Shown here: piece after piece, positions 59,329-64,000 of the stretch
Numbering within the stretch: position 1 is the first letter of the stretch
Layout: every line of letters begins with the position of its first letter
DNA from: Promethearchaeia archaeon
Lineage (GTDB): Archaea > Asgardarchaeota > Lokiarchaeia > Sigyniarchaeales > SOKP01
Reading direction: 5' to 3'
Assembly: GCA_046483985.1 (NCBI GenBank)
Contig: JAWOCD010000120.1
Span: forward strand, 1 to 64,000
DNA length: 64,000 bases
Position numbers and translations under genes: made by a program
The notes under the pieces: generated by a model
Database searches by the model: none
What the model saw: only the letters and a program-made list of their open reading frames with translations
What the model was told of the DNA's origin: nothing

Positions 59329-60894
59329 ATGACATCAGTGACAATTTATGATGGGGCCCGAACCATCGGGGGAAGCAAGATATATCTGGAGGAGGAAAAT
59401 AATGGCATGTTCCTTGATTTTGGGATGAATTTTAAAAAATACGGGGAATATTTTCAGGAATTTTTAAATGCCAGGGGAACACGGGGAATCCACGATTATT
59501 TCACCTTAGATCTCATTCCAAAATTGAATATTTATCGAAGAGATTTAATTCCGGGGGACATCTCAATTTCGCAATATCCTTCTCTTAATATTCAAGGCGT
59601 GCTTCTTAGCCATGCTCATTTGGACCATTTCGGGAATATTTCCCTCTTGCGGAGAGATATTCCGATCGTGGCTTCTTCCACCAGTATTGCGTTAATGAAG
59701 GCAATCCTCGATACTTCACGGGGAAATCTGAGTAATGAAGCGGCATTTTTCAGCGAAAAGGTTCCCAAACAAAATGAGGATAGGGTGCTTGTCTCCAACG
59801 GGGAAGAATACGTGGGGCGGCAATTTTTTAGCACGAGTCACATTTCCGATGACTTACGGTATTTTATGGAATCGTGTACGCGATCCGGAAGAGGTATCCA
59901 GAGCAAGGAACTTTCCTCCCTCGCTGAACTTCGTTTGCCCTTTCATATCACACCATATCCGGTAGATCATTCTATTTTGGGCGCGAATGCTTATCTTATT
60001 GAAGGTGACACCACTATTGCCTATACCGGAGATTTTAGGCTCCACGGTCGCCGAGGCGCTCAGAGTAAAGAATTCATCAAGAATGCTACCAACGCTTCCG
60101 TGTTAATTACTGAAGGGACAAGAGTATCGAGGGAAGATGATTCGGTAACTTCCGAAGAGACAGTGTATGAAAATTGTCTCAGTACCATTGAAACTGCAAA
60201 GAATTTAGTTGTCGTCAATTTTTCTAATCGCAATATTGAACGATTTCAAACATTTAAACGCATTGCCGAGCAAACAGGCCGGCGATTGGTTGTTCCCGCA
60301 AAGATCGGATATCTGCTGAAAACCTTAGAATGTGTGGATGGAAAAAACTATTCAACGAATGTTTCTCTTTTGAAGAATCTCAAACGAAGGCAAAGGATAT
60401 GGGAACGCTGCCTTACCAAGCCGGAGGGTAATAAGGAAAACGGTAGATTATCGAATTTATTCGCCGGATATTTCACCTGCGTAGATCCATTGGATATAGG
60501 CAGATCGCCCGAGCAATTTATCCTCTGCATGTCATTTTATGACCTCAAATACTTATTGGATATTAAACCCGATACTGGCATGTATATCCACTCCTCAAGT
60601 GAGGCATTTACCGAGGAGTCCGAGTTCGATTTCGTCCGGTTCTACCACTGGCTTGATCGGTTCGGGTTTCAAGTGCATGGAATGTCGATGAAAGCGGTGA
60701 ATGGGACCGAAACCCCCATGTTCACGGAAGGATATCATTCATCAGGTCACGTGAATAAGGACGGGCTCCGATGGGCGATTGACACAATCGATCCTGACTT
60801 GATCATCCCAGTCCATACGGAAGAACCCGAATGGTTTCAACGGGAATTTGATGATGTTGTATTACCGGTGGAGGGGAAGAAACTTGAGTTTTAA
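59329..60894 (+). CDS. RNase J-related beta-CASP/MBL hydrolase
   Basis: IGGSKI, LDFG, HAHLDH, DHS, TGD, EGT, HSSGH, PVHTE. Confidence 0.85.
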   Translation: MTSVTIYDGARTIGGSKIYLEEENNGMFLDFGMNFKKYGEYFQEFLNARGTRGIHDYFTLDLIPKLNIYRRDLIPGDISISQYPSLNIQGVLLSHAHLDHFGNISLLRRDIPIVASSTSIALMKAILDTSRGNLSNEAAFFSEKVPKQNEDRVLVSNGEEYVGRQFFSTSHISDDLRYFMESCTRSGRGIQSKELSSLAELRLPFHITPYPVDHSILGANAYLIEGDTTIAYTGDFRLHGRRGAQSKEFIKNATNASVLITEGTRVSREDDSVTSEETVYENCLSTIETAKNLVVVNFSNRNIERFQTFKRIAEQTGRRLVVPAKIGYLLKTLECVDGKNYSTNVSLLKNLKRRQRIWERCLTKPEGNKENGRLSNLFAGYFTCVDPLDIGRSPEQFILCMSFYDLKYLLDIKPDTGMYIHSSSEAFTEESEFDFVRFYHWLDRFGFQVHGMSMKAVNGTETPMFTEGYHSSGHVNKDGLRWAIDTIDPDLIIPVHTEEPEWFQREFDDVVLPVEGKKLEF

Positions 60895-61019
60895 CTTGGT
60901 GAAAGACGGCGGGAAGCATATCCATGAGGGTTTTCCATTTTACATTCATATACTCAATACAATAATAAACTTAAGATATATCAAAATATAAAACAATTCA
61001 ATTGGTAAAGGCTTAAAAA

Positions 61020-62987
61020 ATGAAGATAAAAAAAGTAACAATCAAGAATTTTCGCTCGATTAAGAGCATTGCTGTGAATTTTTTAGATTACATGGTTTTC
61101 GTGGGCAAAAATAACTCGGGAAAATCCAATATTTTGAAGGCACTTGACAATTTTTTTAATTATAATGCCGAATTGGATGATTTCCGGAAGGAAGACGATA
61201 CAAGGATTCCTAAATTTACCGTGCAAGTTGAATTTACCGATCTGACGGATACCGAAAAAGTAATTCACGAGGGACACATTTTAAATGAGGGAACGGACAA
61301 CGAAAGGTTGGTAGTCCGATTTGTTGCAGAGTTGACCGGTGCCAATAACATCGACAAGGAATATCAATTCTCGGGTGTCTCGTTGAAACAAGATACTCAA
61401 CAACTCAGAAATCATTATGCCGGCTTATTTGAAGAAAACATCTATAGATCCAAAAATAAAATACAGAACCACGAACACATTCCCGAGAAGTTCAAGGAAA
61501 TGGCCCACGAATTCTTGGAGAATAAGGAATCATCTAATAGATTCAAGAAAACAGAATTTAAACGACTGCGGCAGCAGTATATCTCCGAATTAATTGACCA
61601 ATATCCGAATTTAGCTAAGTATAAATATGCTGAATTGGGAATACATAAAAGAAATCCAGATAAGGACCTTGGTACTTATTTTTTCATTCCCGCGATTCAA
61701 GATATCGAAAAGGAAACCCAATATTCCGGGAGGGGAGATCGAAGTTTAAATCATTTAATCGATTATATCTTGGATGAAATGACGGATATCGAAGAGGAAA
61801 AGGAAAGCGCGGAGAGAATTGAGGGCATTTTACGTGATTATTATAAGATAGATGATGAGGATTCAGAAATGAAGGAACTGGAGGGAATTTTAAATGAAGA
61901 GCTCCAAATTTTTGATAATTCTCGGATTCAATTTAATACCGAACTCCCCAATCTCGGGAAAATCATCAGGGATTCACTAAAAGTCTATGTCAATGACGGA
62001 ATCATGACGGAAGTTCAATATAAAGGGCACGGGTTGCAACGGTACTTGATGATGGTCCTTTTCAAGGTGTGGTCCCAAAAGTTGTTGGAGAAAAAATCCG
62101 GAGGATCCTCGAGCGGTAGTTCCGGTTCTGCTAAATCGGTTAGCACTTCCACGTATTTTGCCATTGAAGAGCCGGAACTCTTTTTACATCCGCAATATCA
62201 GCGAATTATCCGTACCTATCTACAGAATATAGCCTCCTACGACCGACATCAGATTATTTTAAATACACACTCTCCGAATTTCATCGAATTTGAAAACCTA
62301 TATCAACTTGCAAAAGTGTATAAGCGCACGTTGGAAGAAGGAACAAAAGTTATTCAGCCGCTTGAGTTCGACGACGATGGTCAAATTGTGGAAAACCAAT
62401 TTGTTAAAACGTGGGGCCGTTCAGAACAACAAAGAATATACTGGAAAAGAATTAATAAAGTTAACATGAATTATTACTTTAATCCCAATCGCAATGAAAT
62501 CTTTTTCGCCGATAAAGTCGTATTAGTTGAAGGACAAACAGAGAAAATGCTTTTCCAAGCGTGGGCAAATTACTTTTTCCCGGAGGATTTTGCTATTCTT
62601 CAAAGAGTAACATATGTAGATTGCCTCGGTAAGCGTAATTTGGAACAATATGTCAAAATCTTAGGAGAATTTGAGATTCCCATGGTAGTGATTATCGATA
62701 AAGATCCAGATAATCCAAATTCACAACAAAACAATCCATACATTAGACGAGGCACATTGCGAGCTGACGGAACATATTTTGAGATTGATCCAGATTTTGA
62801 GGGTGAGTTTAACATAGTTGAAGCTGAATATGATAGTGATGGAAATAAGAAACACAAACCATATTACGCGTACAAGCAGTTTTTTGAAATTGACGGAACA
62901 CCAAAGGAGGATAGGTTAGAATCTATCCGGGGTCATGATAAGTTACAAGCCATCTTCAAGGCGATCTATGACCTAGATTTAGGTTAA
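61020..62987 (+). CDS. OLD-family ATP-dependent nuclease (ABC ATPase + TOPRIM)
   Basis: GKNNSGKSN, GHG, IEEPELFLHP, THS, LVEGQTE, IIDKD. Confidence 0.9.
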   Translation: MKIKKVTIKNFRSIKSIAVNFLDYMVFVGKNNSGKSNILKALDNFFNYNAELDDFRKEDDTRIPKFTVQVEFTDLTDTEKVIHEGHILNEGTDNERLVVRFVAELTGANNIDKEYQFSGVSLKQDTQQLRNHYAGLFEENIYRSKNKIQNHEHIPEKFKEMAHEFLENKESSNRFKKTEFKRLRQQYISELIDQYPNLAKYKYAELGIHKRNPDKDLGTYFFIPAIQDIEKETQYSGRGDRSLNHLIDYILDEMTDIEEEKESAERIEGILRDYYKIDDEDSEMKELEGILNEELQIFDNSRIQFNTELPNLGKIIRDSLKVYVNDGIMTEVQYKGHGLQRYLMMVLFKVWSQKLLEKKSGGSSSGSSGSAKSVSTSTYFAIEEPELFLHPQYQRIIRTYLQNIASYDRHQIILNTHSPNFIEFENLYQLAKVYKRTLEEGTKVIQPLEFDDDGQIVENQFVKTWGRSEQQRIYWKRINKVNMNYYFNPNRNEIFFADKVVLVEGQTEKMLFQAWANYFFPEDFAILQRVTYVDCLGKRNLEQYVKILGEFEIPMVVIIDKDPDNPNSQQNNPYIRRGTLRADGTYFEIDPDFEGEFNIVEAEYDSDGNKKHKPYYAYKQFFEIDGTPKEDRLESIRGHDKLQAIFKAIYDLDLG

Positions 62988-63328
62988 TGGAGGTGCAAAT
63001 AATGGGTGTAAAAGATATTATAAAAATCGTGGAAGATGCTTTCCTTGGTTATGAAAAACCCTACTATGAGAACGAAGTGCTGTGTAAGAAAGTGGGAAAG
63101 GCGGTGTTACAAGTTATTTCGGAGATGCGCCGGATCCAAACCAATAAAACATATGCATCGGTCCTCAATCATAGTAATGCGGTCCAGTTTATTGACCAAG
63201 TCGAGGAGTCGGATCAGCGGGTGTATATCTGGAAAGGAAATACTCTTCGTAATATCCAAGATTTAGACGACCAAGATCTTGCCTTAGTTGCCGAGATTTT
63301 GGAAAATGTAAGAGCGAGTAGGGACTAA
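62987..63328 (+). CDS. Small hypothetical protein coupled to the OLD gene
   Basis: TAATG stop/start overlap. Confidence 0.6.
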   Translation: MEVQIMGVKDIIKIVEDAFLGYEKPYYENEVLCKKVGKAVLQVISEMRRIQTNKTYASVLNHSNAVQFIDQVEESDQRVYIWKGNTLRNIQDLDDQDLALVAEILENVRASRD

Positions 63329-64000
63329 CGGGAATATCTTTATAATGCAAAATATAAATGAAAGCTAATAATAAAAAAAAATTAGTTATTTACTTCCTTT
63401 TTGTTTTCTTCTCCGGAATAATAAGACTTGTCCTTTTTCAAGAGCCACAATTGATTTAGTCTCAAATTTAGCCGATTTGCTACTTTTTATTTTTGAATGT
63501 TGGGCATTTAATTCCACCCATTAACTTTTGGGGGATAATGTCCAACTGCAGCAGTTTGTAATTGATCTGTACTATTTTTCTTCCCCAAGATCGGTATCGT
63601 CTTGCGGAGTGGTTTTCCTCTTCTTTTTCTCCTTTGGTTTGATTACAATTTTTTTCTCTTTGAGAAATTCAAAAAATTCTGTTATTTCCTTCATGGTTAT
63701 TATCAGTAATAATATGTCCAATTACCCTAATAAAGCTTGAGTTTCTTCTCCGAACATATAATATTTGCTTCAGATGATAAAAAACTTTAAAAAGTTTCCG
63801 AAGAGACGAGAGATCGGGATCTGGGCTTTGAATCCGATCGTTTTCTTGTTTTATCGGTTCTAAGAAAAATTTTATGAGTAACTTTTAGGAAAAAAGCGCA
63901 TGGCTTACAATCACTTACTCTTTCAAAGTTAGCAAAACAAGAAATCAAGGACATCTTTGTCTTATGGGTAAAGTTGTCAAAAATGAAGTAAGGTCAGAAA

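Noticed and set aside
61020-63328. Gabija system
   Set aside because: The downstream ORF is 113 aa with no helicase motifs; no GajB/UvrD
63380-63740. Short ORFs near the window end (possible stop-codon readthrough)
   Set aside because: The minus-strand Lys-rich frame hits multiple stops with no recognisable domain; no support for recoding

Overview
AT-rich archaeal chromosome segment, almost certainly from an Asgard archaeon of the Lokiarchaeia type. The evidence is a eukaryote-like E1/E2/JAMM/RING set, a gelsolin domain, roadblock proteins, a Loki-typical 'EEFWGHCSNLQAW' domain, and an intron-containing tRNA. From left to right the window holds: (1) Fe-S assembly genes (iscU, iscS, afpA, ferredoxin, sufC/sufB-type) with a divergent aCPSF1-like beta-CASP nuclease and a PAC2 chaperone; (2) smc-scpB, a MoxR/VWA pair, two histidine kinases and housekeeping genes (gatC, dut, ACD alpha subunit, thiolase, purE, rpiA); (3) a complete ubiquitin-like conjugation operon at 30.4-37.5 kb; (4) a Site-1-protease-like membrane subtilase, a two-intron tRNA-Ala(GGC), a HEAT-wHTH-Ig protein and a LuxE/LuxC-like pair; (5) a roadblock-roadblock-gelsolin-FIST operon; (6) an accessory or defence-like island at about 54.5-63.3 kb. 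The best candidate for a new system is the Ubl operon. Its three modifiers align by eye with UFM1 and share an IP-x-S-T-A-G core (single Gly, no GG) followed by different tails. Two of them are large Zn-finger/coiled-coil fusions. The neighbouring enzymes are a UBA3/UBA2-type E1, an HPN-type E2, a CSN5/Rpn11-type JAMM and a multi-pass membrane RING-like E3. All assignments come from reading motifs by eye; no database searches were run.
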